64,000 nt of DNA from Obrimoposthia wandeli (lineage: Eukaryota). The notes beneath the pieces are model-generated. The model was not told the origin of the DNA. It made no database searches and was given only the letters and a program-made list of their open reading frames with translations. The stretch is from contig CDROCS010000253.1 in NCBI GenBank assembly GCA_977020255.1, forward strand, positions 4,340,001 through 4,404,000, written 5' to 3'. Shown one piece after another: positions 10,328 through 20,042 of this stretch. Each line of letters starts with the position of its first letter. The stretch's first letter is position 1. Position numbers and translations under genes: made by a program.

Positions 10328-11608
10328 TTACAGGCGGATATCAGCTAACTCTTTATCTAACATATATTTCAAATCATAAATCACATGATCATTTTTCATC
10401 AATGCTTTAATTTCAGCTGAAGATAATGCTTTAAATTCATCATGAGCTACTGCAAAAATAACCGCATCGTAGAAGCCCGCCTTAGGTACTGAAATTAAAT
10501 CAACATTATATTCATGTTTTGCTTCTTCAGGATTAACCCAAGGATCGTATACATCAACATTAATATCAAACTCAGCTAACTCAGACAAAATATCAACAAC
10601 TTTAGTATTGCGTACATCAGGGCAGTTCTCTTTAAACGTTAAGCCCATTACTAATACATTGGCGCCGTTAACCGGTAGTTTTCTTTTAAGCATCGTCTTA
10701 ACTAATTGAGAAACAACATATTCCCCCATAGAGTCATTAATACGACGACCTGCAAGAATAACTTCTGGGTTATAACCAATCGCTTGTGCTTTATGAGTGA
10801 GGTAATAAGGATCTACACCAATACAGTGACCGCCAACAAGGCCTGGTCTGAACGGTAAAAAGTTCCACTTAGTTCCCGCTGCTTTCAAGACTTCTTCGGT
10901 ATCAATATTAAGTTTATTAAAAATAACGGCAAGTTCATTGATCAAAGCAATGTTTAAATCTCGCTGAGTATTTTCAATAACTTTCGCCGCTTCAGCCACT
11001 TGAATACTTGATGCTTGATAAGTACCCGCAGTAATAATTGACTTATACAAGCTATCAATAAAGTCACTAATCTCTGGTGTTGAGCCCGACGTTACTTTTA
11101 AGATGTTAGTTACTCTGTGTTCTTTATCACCCGGATTAATACGTTCAGGGCTATAACCTGCATAAAAATCTTGGTTAAACACTAAGCCAGAGTGACGTTC
11201 AACTTCTGGTAAACAAACTTCTTCAGTTGCTCCCGGATAGACGGTTGACTCATAAATGACGATGTCGCCTTTATTGATCACCTTGGCAAGCATAGCGCTT
11301 GCTTTCACTAGCGGCGTTAAATCAGGTTGTTTATGTTTATCTATAGGTGTAGGTACTGTGACAATATAAATATTACAGTCTTTTAAATCCTCAACGTCAG
11401 CAGAATATGAAATAAATTCAGAATCAGCTAATTCTTCACTTGATACTTCTAAAGTGAAGTCATGGCCTTGCTTCAATTCTTTAACACGCTTGGTATTGAT
11501 ATCAAAACCCAAGGTTGGGTATTTTTTACCAAACTCTACCGCTAACGGTAAACCAACATAACCTAAACCTATAATGCCTAGCTTCACGCTTTCTAATGAG
11601 TGCAACAT
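10328..11608 (-). CDS. wbpO: UDP-N-acetylhexosamine 6-dehydrogenase (WbpO/TviB family)
   Basis: [59 protein letters not shown]. Confidence 0.9.
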   Translation of the reverse strand: MLHSLESVKLGIIGLGYVGLPLAVEFGKKYPTLGFDINTKRVKELKQGHDFTLEVSSEELADSEFISYSADVEDLKDCNIYIVTVPTPIDKHKQPDLTPLVKASAMLAKVINKGDIVIYESTVYPGATEEVCLPEVERHSGLVFNQDFYAGYSPERINPGDKEHRVTNILKVTSGSTPEISDFIDSLYKSIITAGTYQASSIQVAEAAKVIENTQRDLNIALINELAVIFNKLNIDTEEVLKAAGTKWNFLPFRPGLVGGHCIGVDPYYLTHKAQAIGYNPEVILAGRRINDSMGEYVVSQLVKTMLKRKLPVNGANVLVMGLTFKENCPDVRNTKVVDILSELAEFDINVDVYDPWVNPEEAKHEYNVDLISVPKAGFYDAVIFAVAHDEFKALSSAEIKALMKNDHVIYDLKYMLDKELADIRL

Positions 11609-11656
11609 ACTACGTCCATTTATTGTGTTTATAATTAATTGTACTGTTAATTTTTA

Positions 11657-11692
11657 TAATAGGTAATGATATAAATTGATCATTACCTATTA
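11657..11692. other. Perfect 14-bp stem-loop between the exporter gene and wbpO
   Basis: TAATAGGTAATGAT-N8-ATCATTACCTATTA. Confidence 0.6.
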
Positions 11693-11703
11693 AATTGTTA
11701 ATG

Positions 11704-14475
11704 CTAAATACCACTAATAGCAGCGATTGCCACTGCCGAATTGTAGATTATGCCCGTGACACTAGTCCACAATGCCAAGTTATTCATGTACTCAGCATCA
11801 AGTGGTACAACGATGGTATCACCTGATTTTAAATTATCACCAGCATCACTGCTAAACCAATTGCCACTCTCCATCATTTTAATACTACCATTAGCAGAAA
11901 TTATATAGATTCGGTCTTCATCGGCGCGTTTTTTACTTCCACCACTTTGGGCTAAATAGTCATCTGCCGATAAATTAACATCGTATACATGTGATGAAGT
12001 CACTTGTACTTGGCCGACAACGTTAATTGAGTTTTTCATAGTAGGAACGTACAACACATCGCCGCCTTCAAGTAAGACATCATAGTTTTTGTTATCAATT
12101 ACCCTAGGTAAATCAATAACTAAACGACCAACTGGCTGTACATTAGCCATATCAGCTAACATTTGCTGTACTTCAGCATAAGACTGAGAATAGTTTTGAT
12201 CAGTCATAGATTTAGAAGCCATTTCTATGCGTAAATCCGCAGTCAACTTTAACAAGTTCTGTTGCTCAATTTCGCGTAGTTGCACGCGCGTAAAGACGGA
12301 ACCTTCTTGATGGGCAAATTTGGTAAAACCACCGGCCTTAGTTATTAAGTCGGCCAAACTCTCACCACGACGTACCGTATACTTACCAGGGAAGACAAAT
12401 TCACCTCGAAGTTCAACAACGTTATTTTCACTCCAAGCTGGAATTTGATGGATATTCAATCTATCTTTTGAGCTTAATAAAACATTATCTTCCTCATCGC
12501 CAGCAAGCGCAGCACTTAAACTGAACATTATCGAAGTTTGTTGCGCCCTATGATTAATAATTTGATTGCGAGACACTTCCGCACGAACGACATAAGCCGA
12601 CTCAGTCAAGCCACCAGCGGCAGTAATTAAATCTGATATGCGGGCGTTTTTAGCTAACGGGTATATCCCAGGAAACTTTACTTCACCATCTGCTTCAACT
12701 AATTGGATGGGTTGACCGGACTTGCCTTGGCGCTTTAACTTTTCAATAATGGGCATCAATAGACGTTGACGAGAGAATAGTGTTAACTCTTTAGGGTCAA
12801 GCTCTTCTTCTAACTCACCACCACTAAACTGAGCAATAGATTGTTCAACCAATTTCGCCGCTGCCGCTTCTTCACTATCAAGCTGATCGATTTGCTCACT
12901 ATCACCGTATTTTAGCCAGAATTGTTTTTGCTTATACTTTTCTTTAGCTAATTGTTGTTCTTTTTTTGCGAGATTATCTTGAGTAAAAGCCAAAGAATCC
13001 AAACTAATTTTACTGTCGATTAATTTAATAATATTGGCAAAAACCAAAATTTTATCATTGCCTTGTAAGACAATATTATCCTTTGAGTTTGGCGCTGAAA
13101 TAGCTTTGGCTAAATCAAACTGTAGAATCTCAATATTACGAGCAATGTCGATTTCACGCACAACAATAGAATAATTAAGGTCAGCCGACTGTAATAAATG
13201 AGAATCAATATTAGGGAAGATATCGGTAATACGTTGGCCTGCTTGCCACTGGTATTTTCCTGGGCGAGTTACCGCACCAATAACGGTAATAGATTGCTCA
13301 AACATCTCCGCAGCCTTCATTACATAAACTGCATCACCTGCTTGTGCTTTTTTAGCTAAATCATTGATGTTAGTTAGATCGATATCAACCACAGTGCGCA
13401 AGGAATCTTGATTATAACGTTCAACACGGGTTGTTTTAGCAAAGGCTGTTGGTAAAAGCCCACCAGACATGAGTAATATATCATTAAAACTTTCGTTTTG
13501 ACTTAATTCATAAATAGCTGGGCGCCTAACTTCACCTTCAACGCTGATAGTCTTACCTTTAGGTGCAATAAAAACCACATCGCCAGATTGCAACAATACA
13601 TCACTACGTGAATCACCTTTAATTAACAGGTCATATAAATCTAAAGTAGTGACTAACTTACCAGCACGTTTAAGTTGGATATTACGCAAACTACCAATAT
13701 CACTAATGCCACCAGCAGCAAAAATAGCATGAGTAACACTAGATAATGAACTTAAGGTATAAGGCCCTGGTTTATGAGCATCACCTAAAACAAAAATTCT
13801 CATAGAACGTAAAGAAGCCATTCCTACAACGACATCAACACCGATAACTTTTTCTTTAATGCGCGCAGTTAATAAACGCTTCATTTCGTTAAATGATAAA
13901 CCTGAGACAGTAAAAGGCCCATGAGAAGGAAAGACAATTTGTCCCTCGCGGTTCACCGTTAATTCAAGCTCATCTTTTTCTTTACCGAATACTTGAATAG
14001 AAATGTTATCACCGGGACCAATGATATAGTCTGCTGGAATAGCAATATCCATCATAGGTGCAAAGGTTTGTGGTGCATTAGCAAAAACATCATAACCAAA
14101 AGACTTTAGTTCATCGCTATCTTCTAGTTTATCTAATTCTTCTAATTCTTCTTCTAATATGGGATTACCTTCAGCGTCAAATTGCGTTCCACGCGGGAAA
14201 GTTTCTGTATTCTTTTTATCGTCACTAGAACCACGTTTCGATAACTGCCCTTTTATGCTATCCAGATCAACGCCCATACTTTTAGCAAGTGCTTCTTGTT
14301 GTGACGGAGGTAGTTTTTTAAATTGCTCTAATTGCTGTTGACTTATCTGAGTATTAGCAAGTAATTTCAAGGGTAAATTGGCAAGAAAAAAAGTCAATAT
14401 CAGCAAAATACAAAGCAAAGGCTTAGCATTGTCAAGTTTACGGTTTTCAAGGGGGTTTCCGGTATCGGTTATCAT
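11704..14475 (-). CDS. Multi-SLBB outer-membrane polysaccharide export protein (OtnA/WbfF/KpsD-like)
   Basis: FGYDVF, DYIIGPGDNISIQ Poly_export domain, repeated SLBB units (VEGEVRRPAIY, GEVKFPGIYP, GEFVFPGKY), LKSGDTIVVP. Confidence 0.88.
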   Translation of the reverse strand: MITDTGNPLENRKLDNAKPLLCILLILTFFLANLPLKLLANTQISQQQLEQFKKLPPSQQEALAKSMGVDLDSIKGQLSKRGSSDDKKNTETFPRGTQFDAEGNPILEEELEELDKLEDSDELKSFGYDVFANAPQTFAPMMDIAIPADYIIGPGDNISIQVFGKEKDELELTVNREGQIVFPSHGPFTVSGLSFNEMKRLLTARIKEKVIGVDVVVGMASLRSMRIFVLGDAHKPGPYTLSSLSSVTHAIFAAGGISDIGSLRNIQLKRAGKLVTTLDLYDLLIKGDSRSDVLLQSGDVVFIAPKGKTISVEGEVRRPAIYELSQNESFNDILLMSGGLLPTAFAKTTRVERYNQDSLRTVVDIDLTNINDLAKKAQAGDAVYVMKAAEMFEQSITVIGAVTRPGKYQWQAGQRITDIFPNIDSHLLQSADLNYSIVVREIDIARNIEILQFDLAKAISAPNSKDNIVLQGNDKILVFANIIKLIDSKISLDSLAFTQDNLAKKEQQLAKEKYKQKQFWLKYGDSEQIDQLDSEEAAAAKLVEQSIAQFSGGELEEELDPKELTLFSRQRLLMPIIEKLKRQGKSGQPIQLVEADGEVKFPGIYPLAKNARISDLITAAGGLTESAYVVRAEVSRNQIINHRAQQTSIMFSLSAALAGDEEDNVLLSSKDRLNIHQIPAWSENNVVELRGEFVFPGKYTVRRGESLADLITKAGGFTKFAHQEGSVFTRVQLREIEQQNLLKLTADLRIEMASKSMTDQNYSQSYAEVQQMLADMANVQPVGRLVIDLPRVIDNKNYDVLLEGGDVLYVPTMKNSINVVGQVQVTSSHVYDVNLSADDYLAQSGGSKKRADEDRIYIISANGSIKMMESGNWFSSDAGDNLKSGDTIVVPLDAEYMNNLALWTSVTGIIYNSAVAIAAISGI

Positions 14476-14853
14476 TTTGCACTAATTCCTATATAGCCCG
14501 TAAGGTAATAAATTTAAACCAAAGGCCTGCCTATCCCTGAATAATTTCAAGAACCTAATTCCAAGAACACTAAGTTTAATCACTAAATTTAGTGACGACG
14601 AAGTTTACCAGCATACTGTTATGCAAACAATATGTTAACCCATTCTAGCCGTCCTTAATATTGCACTTTGGTTTAGTAAGCGCTAGGAAACATTTCCCTA
14701 CACCTCCCAAAGCACGGTAATCATTGATTTATACCAAAACTTGCCTTTATTTGTTAACACGGGTATAACATCCTCTTTACTGAAAAATGAAATTTTAAAT
14801 TTTACAGTACAACTAACGCTAATGATTATAAAAATAAAATCTAGGATAATAAT

Positions 14854-16293
14854 ATGACTCAACCTAATGCTGGCACGCTGTTTGGCCATCCTAAAGGACT
14901 TTACCTTTTATTTGGTACTGAAATGTGGGAACGTTTCGGTTACTACGGTATGCGCGCCTTATTGGTATTATATTTAGTAGCCTCTGTACAAGATGGCGGT
15001 TTTGGCTGGACCGCAGGTGAAGCATTAAGTCTCTACGGCACCTTTACCATGGCAGTATATTTAACACCGGTATTAGGGGGTTGGTTAGCTGATAATTATA
15101 TTGGCCAACGTAAAGCCATTATTTATGGTGGTCTCATTTTCTCTTTGGGTTACTTTACCTTAGGTATCCCTAAGTCAATGATTGTTGGCATGGAAGAAAC
15201 GGTATTTTATCTCGGTTTAGGATTAATCATTATTGGTAATGGTTTATTTAAAGCAAACGTTTCAAGCTTAGTAGGCGACTTATATGAAGAAGGCGATCAC
15301 AGACGTGATGGTGCTTTCACTATTTTCTATATGGGTATCAATTTAGGTGCTTTCTTAGCGCCAATCACCGTTGGTGTTTTAGGTGAGCAGGTTAACTGGC
15401 ACTACGGCTTTATATTAGCTGGTTGTGGTATGTTAATTGGTTTAGCACTACAACTTACTTTAGCCAATAAATACTTAGGTGATATCGGTGTAGTTCCTTC
15501 TGCTAAACGTGTTAAAGGTGACCAAAAAGCTCAAGCACCTATTACTTCACAAGATATTGACCGCATGAAAGTAATCTTAATTATGAGCATGTTCTCCGTT
15601 ATATTCTGGGCAGGCTTTGAACAAGCGGGTGGTTTATTTACTATCTATGCTTCTGACTTTACTGATCGTACAATCTTTGGCTTTGAAGTAGCTGCATCTT
15701 CTTTTCAATCGTTAAATGCTATGTTCATTATCATGTTAGCACCTGTTGTAGCTTCTGTTTGGGTTAAGATGGGTTCAAATGAACCGACTTCACCGAAAAA
15801 GTTTGCTTTAGCGATGGTATTTTTAGCCTTAGGTTTCTTCGTTATGTTATGGGCAACTATGGCGCAAGGTGGCGATGTTACTGTTAAAGTAAGTATGTTA
15901 TTCCTAGTTTTTGCTTACCTATTTCATACCTTAGGTGAATTATGTTTATCACCTATTGGTTTATCAATGGTGACTAAGTTAGCACCACTTAAATTCACCT
16001 CAGTATTAATGGGGATTTGGTTCTTATTTACCGCGTTATCAAACAAGTTAGCTGGCTTTATCGGTTCATTTGTTGGTGAAGGTCAAGAGATGGTCGACAA
16101 TGCCGCTAATATCTTTATGGGTGTTGGTCTAGCTGCATTGATTACCGGTGTTATTATTTTCTTATCTGCAGGTAAATTAGTAGAATGGATGCATGGCGCA
16201 GAAGGCGTTCAAACTTCTGACTTAGAAGAAAAAATTGAAGAAGAGATATCAGTTACCGGTACTCATGAAGGTGTAACTGAAAGTCGTAACTAA
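14854..16293 (+). CDS. POT/PTR-family proton-dependent oligopeptide transporter
   Basis: GHPKGL, EMWERFGYYGMR (ExxERFxYY), FYMGINLGAF, GELCLSPIGLS. Confidence 0.95.
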   Translation: MTQPNAGTLFGHPKGLYLLFGTEMWERFGYYGMRALLVLYLVASVQDGGFGWTAGEALSLYGTFTMAVYLTPVLGGWLADNYIGQRKAIIYGGLIFSLGYFTLGIPKSMIVGMEETVFYLGLGLIIIGNGLFKANVSSLVGDLYEEGDHRRDGAFTIFYMGINLGAFLAPITVGVLGEQVNWHYGFILAGCGMLIGLALQLTLANKYLGDIGVVPSAKRVKGDQKAQAPITSQDIDRMKVILIMSMFSVIFWAGFEQAGGLFTIYASDFTDRTIFGFEVAASSFQSLNAMFIIMLAPVVASVWVKMGSNEPTSPKKFALAMVFLALGFFVMLWATMAQGGDVTVKVSMLFLVFAYLFHTLGELCLSPIGLSMVTKLAPLKFTSVLMGIWFLFTALSNKLAGFIGSFVGEGQEMVDNAANIFMGVGLAALITGVIIFLSAGKLVEWMHGAEGVQTSDLEEKIEEEISVTGTHEGVTESRN

Positions 16294-16325
16294 ATAGTTA
16301 GCGTTACAAGCTACAAAAATAATAT

Positions 16326-16357
16326 AAAGCTGGGTGAGTAATCTCCCAGCTTTTTTT
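16326..16357 (+). terminator. Intrinsic terminator after the POT gene
   Basis: AAAGCTGGG-TGAGTAATCT-CCCAGCTTTTTTT. Confidence 0.85.
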
Positions 16358-16436
16358 ATTTTTTAAAACAGATGTTAAAGCCGATATTAATGTAGATACT
16401 AATAGTGGATAATTAATAGCCGTTAACTATTTAATA

Positions 16437-17027
16437 ATGAACCCAACAATGAATACTCGTTCACAATTGCGAAAAGAAATCAGGCAACGCCGTAACTTAC
16501 TGTCAGTAACTGAGCAGAGTAATGCAGCGATTGCGTTAACAGAAAGATTGTCTAGCCATAATCAAATTCAACAAGCTAAACGCATTGCAATTTACTTAAG
16601 TAATGATGGTGAATTATCGACAGCACACTTCATTGATTGGTGCTGGCAACAGAAAAAGGAGGTTTACTTACCGGTAGTGCATCCCTTCAGTCGTGGAAAT
16701 TTACTTTTTTTACATTACCAACAAGATACCAAACTAGTTAGTAACATTTATGGCATTTTAGAGCCCCAATTAGATGTCACTAAAGTGTGTCCGTTACAGC
16801 AGCTTGACATTATTTGTACACCTTTAGTCGCTTTTGATAATGCTGGCGCGAGATTAGGTATGGGTGGTGGGTTTTATGACAGAAGCCTCGCTCAGTGGCA
16901 ACAGACAAAAATTTACCCCGTTGGATTAGCGCATGACTGTCAACGAGTAGAAAAGGTTCCGACTGAAAGCTGGGATATTCCCTTACCCGAGATAATCACC
17001 CCAAGTAAGAACTATCACTTTCTTTAA
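16437..17027 (+). CDS. ygfA: 5-formyltetrahydrofolate cyclo-ligase
   Basis: LRKEIRQRR, DIICTPLVAFD, RLGMGGGFYDR, WDIPLPEIITP. Confidence 0.93.
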   Translation: MNPTMNTRSQLRKEIRQRRNLLSVTEQSNAAIALTERLSSHNQIQQAKRIAIYLSNDGELSTAHFIDWCWQQKKEVYLPVVHPFSRGNLLFLHYQQDTKLVSNIYGILEPQLDVTKVCPLQQLDIICTPLVAFDNAGARLGMGGGFYDRSLAQWQQTKIYPVGLAHDCQRVEKVPTESWDIPLPEIITPSKNYHFL

Positions 17028-17118
17028 TAAGTCGAATGACATGTTAGCTGGTCATTTGGAAGGAAGGTATAAGAGCTCATGATACGGCATTATAAAACCA
17101 GCACTTAGATCAAAATGA

Positions 17119-18417
17119 TTAAGTTATCGACCATTCAAACGTAGTAAAAATCTGCTGCCATTGTTCATCAAATGGCGCTGATATTTTAATTCTTTGATTA
17201 CTAATGGGATGATTAAATTCTAATGACTTGGCTATCAACATTAAGCGTTTAAAACCAAAGTGCTCGATGAAAAATGGATTTTGTTTGTTATCACCATAAT
17301 TTATATCGCCTAGAATAGGATGGCGCAAATGGGCTAAGTGGCGACGAATTTGATGACGTCTGCCCGTAATAGGGCGTACTTCAATTAAAGAATAACGCAC
17401 ACTATCAAACTTACCGACTTTGATTGGCAAACTTCCTTGCTGCTTTACTTGATAGTAACTCTGCGCAGACTGTGCTGGCTTGTCACGGCTAACATTTTTA
17501 TCCCCCAACTTATCTAATTTTTCCTTTAGTGGATGATCTATTAAGTCTGTCGGTACTGCTAAGTGACCACGTGCCAAGGCATAATAGGTTTTCACCATGG
17601 CTAAATCACTACCATCGATATTTTTATCAACAGTAAGTTCTTCGGCTTTACCTTGCTGATCCACCTGAGTATTAACCTGAACCTCAGTCCTAACCTTAAG
17701 CTCAGACTCAGACGTAAAACCAGCTTGACTACTTTTATTAGCAAAAGCTTCGCTTAACTTAGTGGCAACTTCTTTAGTTAAAGCAAAAAGAAGTACACCC
17801 GACGTCGGCCTGTCTAAGCGATGAACGGGATAAACATATTGGCCTACTTGATCACGAACTAACTGCAAAGCAAAATAAATTTCATCTTTATCCATATAGC
17901 TTCGATGAACAAACAACCCTGCAGGTTTGTTAACCGCTACCATAAACTCGTCTTGATAGAGGATATTAAGTACCGGTTTCTCCGGATCTACACCCTCATT
18001 TATGCCTAGGTTTGAGTCCTCATTCACATCCGTGGTTAATTCAATTCCAACAGTAGGCTTTTCCATATCACTCACCTGAGACTTTCCTTGTTCTGTTAAT
18101 GTTTCATCTATTTTTTGGATAACATCAAGCAAAGACTTGGTATTAACCGCTAGGTGCTTAAAAGACTCTTCAGCCATTGGCGTTAAAGAAATATTTGCCG
18201 GTAATGATTGTTGTTCAGTTATCATTATTGTTAATTTGGGAATAAATATAAACTGTAACCACTGCTCAAATGCTAACGTATCACAACAAAAAGGCGTGCT
18301 ACTAGAAAGCTCAGCTTTATTTGGCTGCTGTGTTTGCCAAAGATTAAGTGACATTAGCACACGCGTTAACTCATCAAGTAAAACAGTAGTAAGTTCAAAG
18401 TTTTTTTTCATCATCAT
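17119..18417 (-). CDS. truC: Fusion of a YqcC (DUF446) domain and tRNA pseudouridine(65) synthase TruC
   Basis: aa 1-110 LW..P...STPFCCDTLAFEQWLQFIFIP (YqcC); aa 150-432 NKPAGLFVHRS, PVHRLDRPTSG, TGRRHQIRRHLAHLRHPILGD (TruC); no stop codon between them. Confidence 0.88.
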   Translation of the reverse strand: MMMKKNFELTTVLLDELTRVLMSLNLWQTQQPNKAELSSSTPFCCDTLAFEQWLQFIFIPKLTIMITEQQSLPANISLTPMAEESFKHLAVNTKSLLDVIQKIDETLTEQGKSQVSDMEKPTVGIELTTDVNEDSNLGINEGVDPEKPVLNILYQDEFMVAVNKPAGLFVHRSYMDKDEIYFALQLVRDQVGQYVYPVHRLDRPTSGVLLFALTKEVATKLSEAFANKSSQAGFTSESELKVRTEVQVNTQVDQQGKAEELTVDKNIDGSDLAMVKTYYALARGHLAVPTDLIDHPLKEKLDKLGDKNVSRDKPAQSAQSYYQVKQQGSLPIKVGKFDSVRYSLIEVRPITGRRHQIRRHLAHLRHPILGDINYGDNKQNPFFIEHFGFKRLMLIAKSLEFNHPISNQRIKISAPFDEQWQQIFTTFEWSIT

Positions 18418-18553
18418 TTGTCGATTATTTAAGGCCGGTTCTTTAAGGTGATTAGTTAAGGTCTATTACTTAAAGTAAATAGTTTTACTATGTTAATGGC
18501 GCTATTATCCTTATAATAAAGCGCTATAACAAGCGGCAATATTTTTTGACTTT

Positions 18554-19630
18554 ATGACTAACACAGCACCAGCAGCGAACATCGCGACCTTATCAGAATT
18601 ACTTAAACTTTCAGGCTCTCAATATCGCCTTTATGATATCGGTCGACTCGTTAGTAAGTTACCTAAAGAGCAATTTGAAAAAGTTGAATTAAATCAGTTG
18701 CCCTACCCTACTCCGGCTCAAGGCTGTGCTTGTATTGCAATAGCATTTTGGCAAAAAAAATCTGCTCAGCCTTATTTATGGCTATTGAAATTACCGCTTG
18801 ATGAGCGCGGTTTATTAAATCAAGGAGCAAGAAATCATCTTATCGCTATCATTGTCGAAGCCCTAGGTGATAACTTAACTCAGGAAACGTCTAAAAAACA
18901 GGAAGAGTTACTGAGTAGTAATCCTTACCTTTTCACTCCTGCTCAATATAAATTAGCTAGCTTAAATAGCAAAATAAAAGTTGATTTAAAGCAACCACCT
19001 AGTGAGTTTTTTTTACCTTTTAAACAATATCTTAGCCATGGTTCAAATTGGCATAACTGGCAAAGTGTCGGTGTACAAGGTATTACAGATTTTATTGCTA
19101 GAATAAAGCAAGATAATCATAGCGAGCTGTTGCTCAACGCACTACCACATTTGCCTGATGAAGTGCTGTCACCGGTTTGTAGTGCTCTCGAAAATGAGCA
19201 ATACCCCATCGCTTTAATTGATGCCTTGGTAAATTTATTAACAAACACATTAGAGAGCCTAGTAACAACCCCTGAAACCACATCAAAAAACATCTCAAAA
19301 GCGACACAGTTATTGCGCTCACTGTCAGCCAACAGTCACCACATTCATGTGAAGAAAATCGTCGAACAACTGTTAAGAAAAGAGCAAGTGAGCAATGATT
19401 TACTCATTACCTTGTCTGGTCGATGCTGGCATGCATTAGCAGATGAAAAAATGCTTATGTGTTATTTTGAACACTTACTCAGTAATAACGACTTAACGCT
19501 ATTTTCCAGTATTTTTAAAGATTTAGTGACCATTCCGTTAATTAGACCCGTCGCTTTTCAATGTATACGCAGTGAAAATCGCTCACCGGCACTAGCACAA
19601 GCCATTGGGCAATTATTTAGTCAAGCTTAG
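18554..19630 (+). CDS. DUF3549 family protein
   Basis: TLSELL..SGSQYRLYDIGR, PYP.P, WLLKLPLDERGLL, NPYLFTP; the usual divergent neighbour of yqcC-truC. Confidence 0.8.
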   Translation: MTNTAPAANIATLSELLKLSGSQYRLYDIGRLVSKLPKEQFEKVELNQLPYPTPAQGCACIAIAFWQKKSAQPYLWLLKLPLDERGLLNQGARNHLIAIIVEALGDNLTQETSKKQEELLSSNPYLFTPAQYKLASLNSKIKVDLKQPPSEFFLPFKQYLSHGSNWHNWQSVGVQGITDFIARIKQDNHSELLLNALPHLPDEVLSPVCSALENEQYPIALIDALVNLLTNTLESLVTTPETTSKNISKATQLLRSLSANSHHIHVKKIVEQLLRKEQVSNDLLITLSGRCWHALADEKMLMCYFEHLLSNNDLTLFSSIFKDLVTIPLIRPVAFQCIRSENRSPALAQAIGQLFSQA

Positions 19631-19658
19631 TTATTATTAATTGTGGAAAGTATCATTT

Positions 19659-19961
19659 ATGGAAAATATTTATTATTTATTACTCTTTGGCTTATTTTGC
19701 TGGTACTTCGTTTATTTAAGACAAGTGTCTGAAGCGGCTAAACGTCATGTGCATCGTTACTGTAAAGAGGGTGGTTTGCAGTTTATTTCACTGGCTAGAC
19801 GCTCAAGCCGCGTTAAATTTACCAAAAAGCATGGCCCGTGTATCTATAGCGTTTTTGATTTTGACTTTAGCGGTGATGGTGAGTCAAACAATCAGGGTTG
19901 CCTAACGCTTTATGGCTTAAAGCTAGAAAAAATCGACTTACCCGCTTATCGAGTGAATTAA
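19659..19961 (+). CDS. DUF3301 family small membrane protein
   Basis: N-terminal TM, RQVSEAA, QFISLAR, FDFSGDGESNNQG; ATG 19659 preferred over TTG 19641. Confidence 0.75.
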   Translation: MENIYYLLLFGLFCWYFVYLRQVSEAAKRHVHRYCKEGGLQFISLARRSSRVKFTKKHGPCIYSVFDFDFSGDGESNNQGCLTLYGLKLEKIDLPAYRVN

Positions 19962-20042
19962 GTCTGACCTCTATAATCAAATAGGTATTGAACGAATAAA
20001 CCATCAATCCTTAATTTAATTTACCTTTCTATTGGAGTTTTT

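Noticed and set aside
14476-14700. JUMPStart/ops element upstream of the polysaccharide exporter
   Set aside because: Only partial look-alikes (CAGTATGCTGGTA; GGACGGCTAG); the GGCGGTAG core is missing
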